A stretch of DNA of 63,279 bases, counting the filler, from Octopus bimaculoides (Eukaryota), in NCBI RefSeq assembly GCF_001194135.2. It is 6 parts of 6 records of this genome, joined end to end, with 100 filler letters (N's around TTAATTAATTAA, not from the genome) between each part and the next. Parts side by side here need not be neighbours in the genome. Positions count along the whole stretch, not along the records: positions 25,221 to 42,665 come from NC_068984.1; 5 more parts are not named here. One strand, given 5' to 3'. The notes beneath the pieces were generated by a model, which saw only the letters and a list, made by a program, of their open reading frames with translations, ran no database searches and was not told the origin of the DNA. A program made the translations under genes and the position numbers. Positions 25,705-39,326 of this stretch are shown here, one piece after another (position 1 is the first letter of the stretch; every line of letters begins with the position of its first letter).

Positions 25705-25930
25705 GTGCGTGCGCGTGTGTCTTTGTCTCTCTCGACAAACGCTGTTGGTGTTTTTACGTTCCCGTAACTTAACGGTTCAGCAAATGTGACCGATTGAAGA
25801 ATCACCAGGCTTCATATATATAAGAAAAAACAAAAAAAACATCAGTACTAGGGTCGATTGATTCGACCGAAAGTTCTTCAATGCAGTGCCTCGGCATGGA
25901 TACAGTCTAATGACTGAAACCAGTAAAAGA
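25705..25930 (+). mobile_element. SINE family A, 3' half
   Basis: gttcccgtaacttaacggttcagcaaa...gggtcgattgattcgac...gtctaatgactgaaaccagtaaaaga. Confidence 0.8.
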
Positions 25931-26380
25931 TACACATATTGTGAAGTACACATACACAGAGTTACAGATGCTAAATAGCACGCTCCTATACACAAACTGA
26001 CCTACGTATACCTATAAGCTCACACGTATTATACGCAAATACACACATCTACAAAACGAACACACAGGCGTATATACCGAATAGTAACTCAGGCGCGCTT
26101 AGTCACACTCTCATAGAAACTGTTGCACACACATATACACACACACACACACACACTTGTGTGTATATTTTGACTAATCTATTTTGTACAGCTCTTCAAA
26201 AGGTATTATAAACACGTTTCGTCTCTGTTACAAGCGGTGGCGATGTTGTCTTAGCCAAAACTACTGAACACTTCTCAAGATTGAAAACCTGTGAAGATGA
26301 TAAGTGGAAGACCATTTCTATCGTTTTACTTTATCATTTATATGTGTGTTTAAACATATCATACATGTTTAGGCTTGTGC

Positions 26381-26422
<42 letters not shown>

Positions 26423-27354
26423 GAAGATGTTCGTTTCTACTTTCTAGGTGTTATATTTTCTTTTTCTCTTCTCCCCCCCCCNNNNNNNNNNNNNNNNNNN
26501 NNNNNNNNNNNNNNNNNNNNTTTTTTTTTTCTCTAGCAGCTGGCACGAACACAACTCTTTTTATAGCAATCAGCTGTAATTTTCATCATAATATTATTCG
26601 TTCTGCTAATTTCTTTCTTTCTTTCGTTTTTTTTTTTTTGCTTCTTCCCACTTTTCTCCTCCTTTTTCATTATCATCACCGCTCCCGTCCCCTCCGATTC
26701 TCCCCCCTCTTTCTATTTGAGGCTGCGTCCAAACCATGTTGGAGACTTTTTCATTAATCTAATATGTGTAATGCATATTTTTACACATATGCATATATAA
26801 AATTTGCGACTATAATATAATGACAAAATGATTATTAGAGACACGCCAACTGTCACTAACACCGCATTACTACCACCACCACTTAAAGAAGACCATAGAG
26901 CTAACACTATGGAATAGTGGACCGGACGATACAGTCAAACGAATAAAAAGGTCGATCACATTGCGAGTATAGTGTGCAGATTGAAATATAATATATCAAG
27001 CGGTACTATAATCTAGAGCTCTAGAAAGATCGAAAAAGGAAAGAAAAGCAGATACTAGGAGAGAGAGAGAGAGGGAGACGGGGAGAGAGGGGTGGGAATT
27101 GGGTAGAAATCATTCAGATTACGTCGCATTACAAGTGATGTAAATTATAGTAGATTATCGGTAACCAGGTTAAAGATCGATGTCAAAAGACGTTGGCAGC
27201 TACAAAGGGAGGTAACATAAGCATATATTAAGCTTAGTGGCAGACAACGAGTTGAGGAACACCACACACACACAGTGAGAGAGAGAGAATCATAGAGACG
27301 GAGGAAAAGGAAAGGAAGTATGAAAGGAGTTACGCAAATGGGAAACCAGTTTCT

Positions 27355-27990
27355 TTCATGTCTTATTTGTGTCGGTCATTACACTGTGGCCATACTGGAG
27401 CATCGCCTGAGAGAAATTTATTTTTCAGTCGAATGTGAATCCAGTAATTTTTTTTTTTTTGCCTGGAACCAGGCAAGTGTTTCAATCATTTGACTCCTGC
27501 CATGCTGGAGCACCACCTTTAGTCGAGCAAATCGACGCCAGGAGTTATTCTTTTAAGCCTAGTAGCTTATTCTATCGGTGTCTTTTGCCGAATAAGTTAC
27601 GAGGATGTAAACACACCAACATTAGTTGTCAAGTGATGTTGAGGGGAGATAAACACACAGACAGACATATATGTGTGTCTGTGTTTATCTACCCTCAACA
27701 TCACTTGACAACTAATGTTGGTGTGTTTACNNNNNNNNNNNNNNNNNNNNNNNNNNNNNNNNNNNNNNNNNNNNNNNNNNNNNNNNNNNNNNNNNNNNNN
27801 NNATATATATATATATATATATATATACAACGGGCTGCTTTCAGTTTCTGCCTCCCAAATCCACTCACAAGGCTTCAGTCGGCCCGAGGCTATAGTAGAA
27901 GACACTCGCCCAAGGTGCCACGCAGTAGGATTGAACTTGGAACCATGTGATTGGTAAGCAAGCTATTTGTCACACAGCCACTCCTGCGCC
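27355..27990 (-). mobile_element. SINE family A: tail fragment plus full copy spanning an N gap
   Basis: Tail catgctggagcaccacctttagtcgagcaaatcgac; head ccaaggtgccacgcagtagg...cacacagccactcctgcgcct. Confidence 0.85.
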
Positions 27991-28318
27991 TCAGCAAAAT
28001 GGTTCCGGTTTCAGTTCCACTACGTGATATCCTATGACAGTATCTTGTGCGATAACCTCAGACTGATCAAAGCCTTGTGAATTCAGTTTAGCAGAGAGAA
28101 ATAAGAGAAGCCCGTCATGTATACATGTGTGTGTGTCCACTACCACTTCACAACCGTTGTTAGTGTGTTTACATCCCAACAACTTGACGGTTCGGCAAAA
28201 GAGACCCATAGACTAAATACCAGGCTTAAAAAAAAATAAACACTGGGGTCGATTCATTAGACTAAAAGGCAGTGCCCCAACATGGCCGCAGCCTAATGAC
28301 TGAAACTAGTAAAAGATG
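27991..28318 (+). mobile_element. SINE family A, diverged copy head-to-head with the previous one
   Basis: atggttccggtttcagttccac...aaagccttgtga...ggggtcgattcattagactaaa...taatgactgaaactagtaaaaga. Confidence 0.8.
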
Positions 28319-29507
28319 TGGAAATATGTCATATACGCCAGCAAATTAGGTAAATTACAAATGAATATAATTTGCAGTGGTATTTTAATTAAAATTCTTT
28401 ATGAATTTGTCCATGACGGTGAGGCCGACGTTGCTGGCCTTTCATATTTCGTGGTGGTTCATGGGTACCAGTGTGCGATACAAAAAGATGAAAGGTTGAT
28501 AGATGCTAAAAAGAATGATGAATGACCTAGATAAATATATGTAGCTTAAATGCGGTAAGCGAAGCAACAGTATTCACGATACGAACTATTTATCACCACA
28601 ACTTATATTGAAGGAATATCAACAGTTCCTATAATATACATAACAAACGTTGACTTTGTGGTTTGGGGCCCAGGACACTACACTTTTTATAGCTCTGACT
28701 CGGCTTCTAGAATATTCGGCCAAACTGAATGGCCGGAAAACTCGCTTTGTTAATTTGAAAGTTAGCCAGCGTTGACTCTTTGAGCATAGCCACAGGGAAG
28801 AGTGTTAATGCATTTTATGGGACACTTCCTTTTATGGAGATATATTAGTTTCGTGTTTCTAAACCTGGAAACCCGAGAGCTATGGTTCAAATCTCATCTG
28901 AGATCTCGCCATGCATTAAACTCCGTTTTACCTTTTTTAGAATACTCGAACTATTTCCGTTTACAAGTCTGTTCCTGTGGGGTAATACAAACAAGTAGCA
29001 CCTCTTCCTACCTCTTTTACTCTCGATGTAGGGGAAACCTCTGGAGAGTTAAATATAAAACCCTTCACGGCAAATGAAGCCATTCAACATTTCGTGGATA
29101 CTCCTCTTCCACATTAATAGTTTCAAGAAAAATTACAAAGCTATATCAGATTGGTATAAAAAAATAAAGGGTCTATTAAGGAAGTGAAGAGTTTAAAAAA
29201 TGGTGATGGAGGAGAGATAGAAAACTGAAATAGATAGATAGATAAATAGATAGAACTATTGTAAACATTTAGCTGCGAAAATGAACAGTTCAGATAGAAT
29301 AAGACGAGCAAACTTAGTAGAAATGGAGTAGCGTAGATATAATATGCACCACCGATGTGTGGCAAAGTATAAAAACATACAAAAATACTGCCATACACAT
29401 GCACATATACACATGCATAAGCATGTATACACATATACATACTCATCTATACATGCCTATACAAACACTTCATAGACACACACACACACATACATACATA
29501 TATACGC

Positions 29508-29541
<34 letters not shown>

Positions 29542-30081
29542 CTACTCTAAAACGTTGCACACAGAAGATTGTGGAGAATGTAGTGGTAAGAAGACGAGGG
29601 AAGTTTTCGACAAGTAGCATGGGGTGTGGTATGTCAAGTGTTGTCGACGTGTTTGAGGAATCGAGACAGCTATTTAGTAATTAGGGAGAGAATGTGTATT
29701 TGTGACAGCTAAGAGAGATAGGAGAGAGGAGACTGACGGTGAAGGAGAGAGAAAAAGAGAGACAAAGCACAACTGCAAACCACACAAAAGATTCACTCGT
29801 TGGTTTGTGTACACATTGAAAATAATACAAGACAAAATATTTTACTGTGCGGAAACGTTTTGATCAGCTTTTGTTCGATCTGAGCTGACCTGGGGCGAAA
29901 CAATGTTATTCAGATTGAATAAGACGAGCAAACTTAGTAGAAATGGTGTAGCGTAGATATATGTAACATACACACCCGATGTGTGGCAAAGTATAAACAC
30001 ATGCACGCATACTGACATGCACATACTGATATACACATGCATAAGCATGTGTATACATATACATAATTAACGGTGAAATGA

Positions 30082-30126
<45 letters not shown>

Positions 30127-30267
30127 CACAGGAAGCCAACGAAAAGATTTCTCTCATCCAAGTTGAACGTTCTGCAAGAAATGGCAGCCAATATCCAACC
30201 GAAATTACACTCCGCCACATTCCAAAAGAACACAAAAATAACCAGCTACAACTATGAGGCATGTGTA

Positions 30268-30568
30268 TAGGCGCAAGCGTGGCTGTTTGTTAAGAAGTTT
30301 GCTAGGTCTCGAGTTCAAGCGCTACTGTGTGGCACCTTGAGCAAGTACTTCATAGTATAGTCTAGAGACGACAAAAGCCTTGTGGGTGGAAACTCAAGGC
30401 AGGACAAGCTTATCAAATCATTTAAATTAGTTTTAATTATTATAATGGTGAATCGAAGTAAGCAAAAGTAAATAATAATACCTTACATTTGTTTCTGGGA
30501 TATCTCAGGTAATGAACCTGCGTGTTGATCCCCAGTTTCATATACTGGGTACTCCGTCATCGGAGACA

Positions 30569-30613
<45 letters not shown>

Positions 30614-30860
30614 AGAAATCTCAATGTGTATGCGTGTGTGTGTTTGTCTGTTTGTTCCCACCACCACCACGCCGCTGCTTGATAACCGGTGTTGGCGTGT
30701 TTATGTCCCCGTAATATAGCTTTTCGGTAAAAGATACCGACAGAATAAATACTTAAGCTTACAAAGAATATAAGTATTGGGGTTGATTCATTCGACTAAC
30801 AATTCTTTCTAGCGGTGCCCCAGCATGGCCACAGTCTAATGACTGAAACAAGTAAAAGAA
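30268..30860 (+). mobile_element. SINE family A with unrelated sequence between its 5' half (30268-30400) and 3' half (30630-30860)
   Basis: Head aggcgcaagcgtggctgt...gagttcaa...gtggcaccttgagcaagt; tail cggtgccccagcatggccacagtctaatgactgaaacaagtaaaaga. Confidence 0.8.
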
Positions 30861-32380
30861 CAAGGGTTATAAGATGGTTATTTTAATCTAATACTGGTAA
30901 TATTTCGGTACAGCGGGTTTTATTCAACGGGGCAGCTAATTGCCACATCAGTCATTTTTCAATTACTACTTTCCTACATCAGTAGCGACATATTTCCTCT
31001 TAACATGCCGTTGATTGTGAGTACATTTTACTGACAACGTCCAATAAGGCAGATATACGTATCTACATTCTCTCCCCAGACGCTGCTGGACCATTTTAAT
31101 TCTGCTTCTGACTCATGTGTCATTTAAACGCAGCGCATATATAAGAGATACTATATCCGGTAGAATGCCACAGTAAATTTGCGTATCACGTGATATTTCC
31201 ATCGAATATGATACACTGATTCACACACACACAAATGTATATAAAACATTGATTAGTGAACAATCAAATTAGGGCCAACGACTTTATATAACACCACGCT
31301 TCGATACATTTCATCATATATAAACATTACCATGGCCTTCAACATACAAAAGGATTACATATGCAAAAAGGACAAAAGGTAAAAAATATATATGCACATA
31401 TAAAATACCAAATATATAGAAAGGCCTGTCAAGGAAAGGTATATACAAATCGACTAAAATAGATAATCAAAATGAATTACTAAACCATGTCAATCGGCTA
31501 ATATCAGTCGACTAAGAAAGAAATTTTTTTAACCCTCAATTAAAAATATATCAAAATTGTTTGCTTTTTAAAAAAAGCAATCCATGGTAGATCGGAGTCC
31601 AAGAAGAGTAAGAGAATTCTAAAAAATTAGGTTAAAAAACACGCCTATGGCCATTTCGAATATGTAAGTATATATATATATATATATATATATATNNNNN
31701 NNNNNAGAGAGAGGGGAGAGAGATAGAGAGAGAACGTCAAGGTAAAAAATGTTAAAATAATTTTCAACTGTAAGTATAGAAAACAATGAAATGTAATTGT
31801 TTTCCATACAGTTGAAAAAGTCTCAATGACCGAAATCAGTACTGAAATGTTTTTATAAGATTATTTTAGCATTTTCTACCTTAACTTTTTTTCGATATAC
31901 ATATCAACTCGTGTGTTCTTTTTCAGCCTAATATATATATATATATATATACTTATTTATTCAATTTTGAGGGATTAATTGATATGCGGGTATTCTATTT
32001 CAGATAATACAAAAATAACCTAAGTATATCTGAGAGTAAACTCATGGTATCAGTTTGCAAATCACAAAATAATACTTAAAGGATATAACCAAAAATAACC
32101 AGTTGGATATATAATGTCCTTCATTAATTATATCCTACTTGAATGTATATTTATTAAATATGAAGGAACTGCACGTGTTTCAGTATTGGAAAATTACAAT
32201 ATATATACATATACACAGCTGTATACGTATATATATACATATATGCAATCGTCAGATTAACAATTATTCCAACACATCTTCAGGTTCTATTTCAAAATAT
32301 TATATATCTAATTCTACATCCCTTTAAAATAAGTAATACAGTTAAGCATTAAAGATTAAAAATTATGAATTAGATATTAA

Positions 32381-32436
<56 letters not shown>

Positions 32437-33848
32437 TGCAAAAATAACAATACAGACCGAGAAGGTAAAATTCTCGGTAAAATGCCAAGTCGTCAGCGAT
32501 GAACGTGCAGCTCAAGTGTGATGGTTTCATCGGGCGCCAATAGGAATTCATGACAATTTTGATAACTGAGCTGAGATAATATCATTCATTAAATTCGCAG
32601 GAATAGAGAGGAGCGTGCGAGAAAGGCGATGAACGACGAGAAAAGTAATTGGAAAGCAACACATTTTGAGCGGGAAAAAAATACAAAATGAAAGAAAGAA
32701 GCAGATAATAAGAGAGCGTCTTACGATGTGTATAATGGATGAAGAAGGCATGGAGAAAGAGAAAAGTGCACCGTGTTGTGGCGCTTAACAAACAGAAAGA
32801 CAAAAGCTAGCGTTGGATCATTGGGAAGTAAAGGGAGGAAAGATTAGAGTCGAAGCGGAAGTAAAGAAGGAAGAGGTAGGAGGGGGATGAAGTGTGACAT
32901 TATTACAGAGAAAGGAAGGGGAGGGAAAATGAGAATCTGTACAACTAGTAATAGGGGAGAGAAAAAGAGAGAGACGAGGATAAACAGATAAAAGCGAGAG
33001 AGAGAGAAAAAGAAAAAATGAAAAGTGATAAAAGACAACTGGATGTAAAGTGGAAATATATGTATTTTACATAATGTATATTTAATACGCGTGTAATGTC
33101 CCCGCATTTTGCCATAAACAACATTTCTAGATACAGAGATCGTATGGAATAATATACATTCCGTTATCAACGAAATAGCGATAACTTTGAAATCATTTTT
33201 GTTATTTTGTTTTTTAATTCAGTTACCTAGATTTATTAAGGAGTTGAATAATAGCTGAAAGTTCAGCGAAACATATTCAGAGATATCTGATATAAAAGTG
33301 AGATAACATTCAGCTGAGAGAAACCTATCAGTGCGTGCGTGAGTGAGCAGACGATAAGAGATGTAGTAGTCGGATTCCTTAGCAAGTGGCAGATAACAGA
33401 AATGGTTTTTTGTTTTTTTTTCAATATTCGCCAAGCACTGCAATAATGTAAATATGATTTACCTTAATCGTGGATTAATGTCTGATTATTTAGAGATGCA
33501 AAAATATTCGTATCGAGAGATGGGTTAACATAAATCTTGTATCTGAGAGTTTCACATGATGGAGGTTGACGAGAGAAATATACGGTATGATTATATTCGG
33601 ATATATTCGTAGGAAACTGTGAGATATAAACATCGCTGTTATACGTCTGGCCATGTTATACAGTAGTTTGATTATGCCCGGGCACCAGCAGCAAAAGTTT
33701 CCGTTCCTCAGATTCGCCCTCAGCATTATTACAATACATTTTCAGTCTCTCGTTATTTACAATTGAAGCAATATTAAATCAAATAGACATCTATATATCA
33801 AACCTAATTTGTCCACACATACACGCGCACACACACACGTTATATATA

Positions 33849-34755
33849 TTGGGTCATTTCATAAATAATGCGGTAATTTCATACTTATTTTACAAAATCA
33901 AGATAAACAAGGTTCTTTTTTAGTCTAAAATATCCTCTCCTTCATTTTCTACAATGCTCTTTCATCTATCTGGTAGACTTGGAAGGATCCTCTTCCAAAA
34001 TTCACTTGTCCGTGATGAAAAATACTCCAGTATTATTCTGACCTCTTCTACAGAATTCCTATTTTTTCCGTCCAAATGATTTTGAAGACTGCAGAATAAA
34101 TGATAATCAGATGGAGCATGTCTGGCGAATAGGGTGGGTGGGGCATCGTTTCTCATTCAAACTGATCCAGCCTTTGGAATGTCATCTTCGCTGCATGTGG
34201 CCGAGCATTATCCTGATGGAAGAACACTCTTGAAACCAAGGATGGTCGTTTTCCGACGGCACGCAGGTGTCGATGAATGCTTGAATGGCCAAATTCAAGT
34301 TTTCTGCTAGTTTCTCAACAGTTAATTTGAGATCTTGTTCCACCAGGGTTTGCAGGACATCCTCGTCGAGCTCGTAATATCTTTCAGTACGAGGCTCGTC
34401 ATCTAGGCTGTAGTTTCCGGCTCAGATTTCTGGAACCACCGTTGACACCGGCTTATTCTTATTGTCCGATCCCCATAGACTGCATTAATATTTCTCGCAC
34501 TTTCCATTGCGTTGTTGCCTTTATTGAACTCATAAAGCAAAATATGTTGAATATTGTCCTTTGTCACTTCCATTATAGCTTTGAAAAAACTGTTAAAATC
34601 GAACTGCACTCTTCAAAACGTGCACTAAGAATAAGCACACAAGGTAAAATTATTACCTGCTTTTATAGCAAGTTGATGCAAATAGTTTATCCGGTCCACC
34701 TCCAACTTTTACTTCAAGCAATTGAAAAACCCGCATTATTTATGGGATGACCCAA
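33849..34755 (-). mobile_element. Mariner element with both TIRs and TA flanks, internally deleted (907 bp)
   Basis: TIRs TTGGGTCATTTCATAAATAATGCGG and CCGCATTATTTATGGGATGACCCAA, each next to TA. Protein remnants: MEVTKDNIQHILLYEFNKGNNA...CQRWF, ...HRHLRAVGK|RPSLVSR, HQDNARPHAA and APSDYHLFCSLQNHLDGK. Confidence 0.93.
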
Positions 34756-34777
34756 TATATATATATATATATATATA

Positions 34778-34816
<39 letters not shown>

Positions 34817-35339
34817 CCTACCGAAAGGGCTGATTCTTTACTTTTTATCTGAAAGAATGTCTCTTCATAGATATGTAAAAACAATATATATCGGAGCGCT
34901 AACTTAAAAAAACGTCTGTTGTATTTCGACTTACTTCGACCTTGCCAATAATGTACAAATTTATCAAATGCCTAAGCGAAATTCGTCTCCTATATATAGG
35001 AAGCAGTGAATAAAAGGCTGGGTGGAGGTGCTTGTCTCTCCCTTGTAAACATAAGGACACAGGAAATGTGTCAAGGCCGACAGGAAGCGGTCCAGCTTCC
35101 TAGGGCTAAATAGCAGTAGTATAATTCCCTTATTGGGACTGTCACGTTAAGTTGACAGCATACAACTACTTTATCGTAACACTGATACTTAAGTCTCTCT
35201 GTGAGATTTAGAAATGGATCATTTCTAATTTTTGTAATCAGTGAATAATACATTCACTGAAAATGCGGAAAGCTTTCTGAGATATTTTGATGGTCTATGC
35301 CGAAGCCAGTTCCTCTGAAGGCTGCAAAAAAGCATTCAG

Positions 35340-35700
35340 CCGATCAATGTCTTGTGAGTGAATTTAGTAGGTGGAAACTGTGCGAAAGCACGTTCTAAAT
35401 GTGTGTGTGTGGTCGTGTTTGTACCTATCACCACTCGGAAACTGCTGCTGTCCCTGTAACTCAGCTGCTCGGCAAAGAGAACGACAGTATAAGACAAGTA
35501 CAAGAATTGAATAATAATTACTGGACTGCGGTCGATTTTTTGCTGACCGAACACTATAAAGACGGTGTCACAGCAAGCCTGCAGCCCAATGACTCAGACT
35601 GGATGCATACCCAAGGTTATGGTTGAAGATACTCATGGTATTGCGCTATGAAACTGAACTCAAAACTCGATTCCTGCTCCATACACCGATTGGAAAGCAA
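35340..35700. mobile_element. Degraded SINE family A pieces in both orientations
   Basis: cttgtgagtgaatttagtaggtggaaactg (plus) and cccaaggttatggttgaagatac...gaaactgaactc (minus head). Confidence 0.5.
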
Positions 35701-36005
35701 ACTGGTTTAGAAGGAAATTACATCAGACATGAAATAATATAAGCAATAGCTAATTTATAGAAAGGAATCGAAGAAAATGTTAAACATTCTGACATCATAG
35801 ACCCTCTCGTCTGTCAACTCCCAGTGTGTAACAACAGGGGGTTAATATAAAAATGTCTATCAAACAATTTATTTCATTTCGTTACATTATAAGTAAGAGA
35901 TTTGCTGAAGTGTACACGGTGTCAGATTTGATAAGATGTTTTTGTTTACATCTGAAATATTGAAATATTTGTAAATATAAGAACGAATTATTCTCTCTTT
36001 CTCAC

Positions 36006-36047
<42 letters not shown>

Positions 36048-36489
36048 GTATTCTTCTCTCTCCTTTTAAACATTTTAATTCTCTTTGTCGAGTACGTTTA
36101 GAACTGAAATGAGAGTCGGAACTGAAACAGCAGGAAGAAAATATTCATAAAATAACGTCGACATCGTTTTTATTTTATTTATTTCACATCATTTTTCAAG
36201 TAAATGATTAAAAGAGAGTAAAGAAAGAAAATAGAATTAAATAATGAATTACATGATAAAGAAATATGTTTATAAATAAAAGAGAAATAAAAAAATTCAT
36301 ACAATAGTAGCCATGACCGTAGTGGAGGTCTGTGTGCATGTGTATGCCTCATGACTTTCAAAACACGATACCCTTAATTATTATCCGAGTATAAGACAAT
36401 CGTGCATTATCAATATGTTTTAATACAAACAACAAAACCAACATGAAGTCATGAACCCTTTAAGAAGTTGAATTTTATGAGAATGAAGG

Positions 36490-37660
36490 ACAATTCTGAC
36501 TAACGAGACCCCAAGATACAAAAAATTCACAGACGCAACAAGTAGAAGCATTTAGTTCTATCATCAGCCGATTAACGGATATCGTTATTGTTTCGACACC
36601 CGAGCAACACCATTCAATCTGCCGGGTTTGTGCGTGTTTCTTTTTCCGTTATTATTTTATAATAATTAGTTGTGTTAGACATAGGTTTTAAGAAATTTAG
36701 TGCAAAGGACAGAACTTAGAAGAAGAAATAGCTGATTATGATAGAATCGAAGGAAAAAATCATGGATAAACAAGGCAGAGGAATGCGTGTAGTGGACATA
36801 GCACGTCAATACAACCGAAGGAAATCGACGATTTGCACCAGCCTAAAGAAAAAGGATGAGATCAATGCTGTTACAACAGCAAACGTTGTTTCTAGGCTGC
36901 TCAAGGAACGCATATCTGTCCACGAAGTGGTGAAAAAATTGCTTCTTCTGTGGATCAACGAGAAGCAGCTCGCGTTGGATACGATTACGGAGACCATCAT
37001 CTGCGAGATAGCATGAACGCTGCATGGGGATCTCCCGAAGCAGGGGACAGTGTAGCGGAAAAGGCTCTCTCTACGAGTGACATAAAGGTAGTGTTGACAA
37101 AATGGCAGTATGTCTCTGAAATTGTAGAAAAATATCATCCTGAAAAAGTATCTACAGGTCGTGCAAATGCTTTATTTAATGGCACTGCTCAGGTGCATTT
37201 TGGTAACATTTTGAAAGGCAGGAAAAAGCAGATTTATCTTGAGATGTTTCTAATGAAACGACCTTCAAGTGTGAAAGGTGAAGAGAGTGTGTCCAAAAAG
37301 CCTAAATTAAGGGGAGAGAGAAAACGCCTGAAATTGTTGTTCTTGAGGTCTTAATGGATGGAAGGAGAGCCGCCTTCCAAACAATAATCCCCCTGCTCCT
37401 CCTCCTCCTCACTATCGTCTTTCTTGTGCACAAATCGTTCCATCTTTGAAGTAATTAACAAAACCAGTTTACATAGTTCTTTTGCATTCTCATTTATTAT
37501 GTTTTTATAATTGTCATTTTCTCGTAACTGCACCCTTTTCTATTTTAAAACCCATAAAAAAAGATTTTGGGGTGGTTTTGTGGGGCTGGAACAGGTTAAT
37601 TACATTTTAAATAAATTCCATGGGGAAAATTGATTTGGAAAACGAGTAAATCGAGCAAGT
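36490..37660 (+). mobile_element. Tigger/pogo transposon, internally deleted (CENP-B-type HTH joined to C-terminal tail, DDE core missing)
   Basis: GMRVVDIARQYNRRKSTICTSLKKK...LLLLWINEKQLALDTITETIICE, then LSTSDIK...EKYHPEKVSTGRANALFN...HFGNILKGRKKQ. The 3' end ggggctggaacaggttaattacatttt is Tigger-like. Boundaries are approximate. Confidence 0.85.
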
Positions 37661-37729
37661 GTTCTTTTTTCTTTTACTATAGCTCCCGCCGGCCACCATC
37701 ATGGATTGAGTACAGTAGACAGCAACTGA

Positions 37730-37975
37730 GAGAAGCGTGTCGTGGTGTATGTGTGTGTGTTTGTGTAAGAGTATTTCTATGTTTGTCCCCTCACAATAGT
37801 TTGACAACCGGTGATAGCTTGTTTACGTACTCGTAAGTTAGAAGTTCAGCATAAGATATCAATAAAATACCAGACTTAGAAACAAATACTGGGGTAGATT
37901 TATTCGACTAAACCCCTCAGGATGATGCCCCGGCCTGAGACCGAAGCCCAGGAACGGAAACAAGTAAACGATAAA
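37730..37975 (+). mobile_element. SINE family A, diverged 3' half
   Basis: tgtttgtcccctcacaatagtttgacaaccgg...actggggtagatttattcgactaa...ggaaacaagtaa. Confidence 0.7.
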
Positions 37976-38593
37976 AAGTGTATACAATGGAATCTCTCGT
38001 TGACTTCAACATTCACAGCTGTTAGACTGTAGAAATTCGTTTTCAATAGTGAAGGTTTATGTAGGACGAGTCCGACATTTTGAAAAAAATTGACAATATA
38101 AATTCGGTGCAAATGTTTGCTATAAACTCAATGAACAAAAGACATAAGATCTTTCTATTAGAGTTCTGTATCGCTTGCCTGCATTGCCTTCGCCACAGGT
38201 GAGATTCCAAAAAGTCCCCAAATGCACACCTGGATAGCAAACCAGAAATTTTTAATTCCGGTGCATGCACATTATAGATTTCCTGTAATTAGTCAACTGT
38301 TGAGTCTTTTGAGTTCATTTAACCTTTCACGGATCCAAGAGCCACTACGAATCCCCAAACCATCCGACACACCAAACAGGCTTGACATGAAGCCGGTTTA
38401 GTCACAGACAGCCTAGTCATGCAACTAGTTGCACGAAGTTACATGTGACTAGCAGCACTTAAAAGCTGTTTAGTCTATTAATGAAGCTGCTAAGACGGTT
38501 TGTGAAGTCTTTCCAACTTCAAAAAAATATCATCTTTCGCTACCTTTGGTAACCGGATGCCAATTTCCTCACCTCGTTTCGCACTCATGTGCA

Positions 38594-38667
<74 letters not shown>

Positions 38668-39257
38668 GACAAAATGTCATATGTACTGTTTCAATATCTT
38701 CACGAGAAATATGTCCGAAACTAGATATTCAAATTTACACACACACATTAGTTTTGATTTTATTTTTATTACATTCATGAGTCAGTCGTGGTTATTTATA
38801 TCCCAGAACCAATATGAGTCAGTGGTTATTCCGAGCCAAAATGAATGATGACATGCGTTGCATTCAGGCCCTTTCTAAACAAATTCTCTCATATTGCTAT
38901 TTCTGTGATTTTTTGTCTGTTATATAATTAAACAATATTTCAATGAATATTGTATTTTCACCCTTTGTTTATTGTGCTTCGGTATTATATTTAAATACGG
39001 AAATTAAGAACCATTACGGACGAAAATGTGGGTTATTTAGCTTCCCTAATAATAACCAGTTCTGTTTGGTTCTTTATTGTATTTATTTATGTAGCTTTAT
39101 GTAAGTTTTTGAATGTCAAAAGGGTTGTCGTTCAGTTTGCCATATTTACACAATAATTGATATTCTAGCATTCGGAAACCAACGAACTTATCCAACATAC
39201 ATATATTCAGATATACATACGCCTACACACACACGTTTATTTATTTATTTATTTATT

Positions 39258-39324
<67 letters not shown>

Positions 39325-39326
<2 letters not shown>

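Noticed and set aside
38130-38205. Short plus ORF ending at CAG|GTGAGA, like a signal-peptide exon
   Set aside because: Weak hydrophobic core and no further exons; such donors arise by chance.
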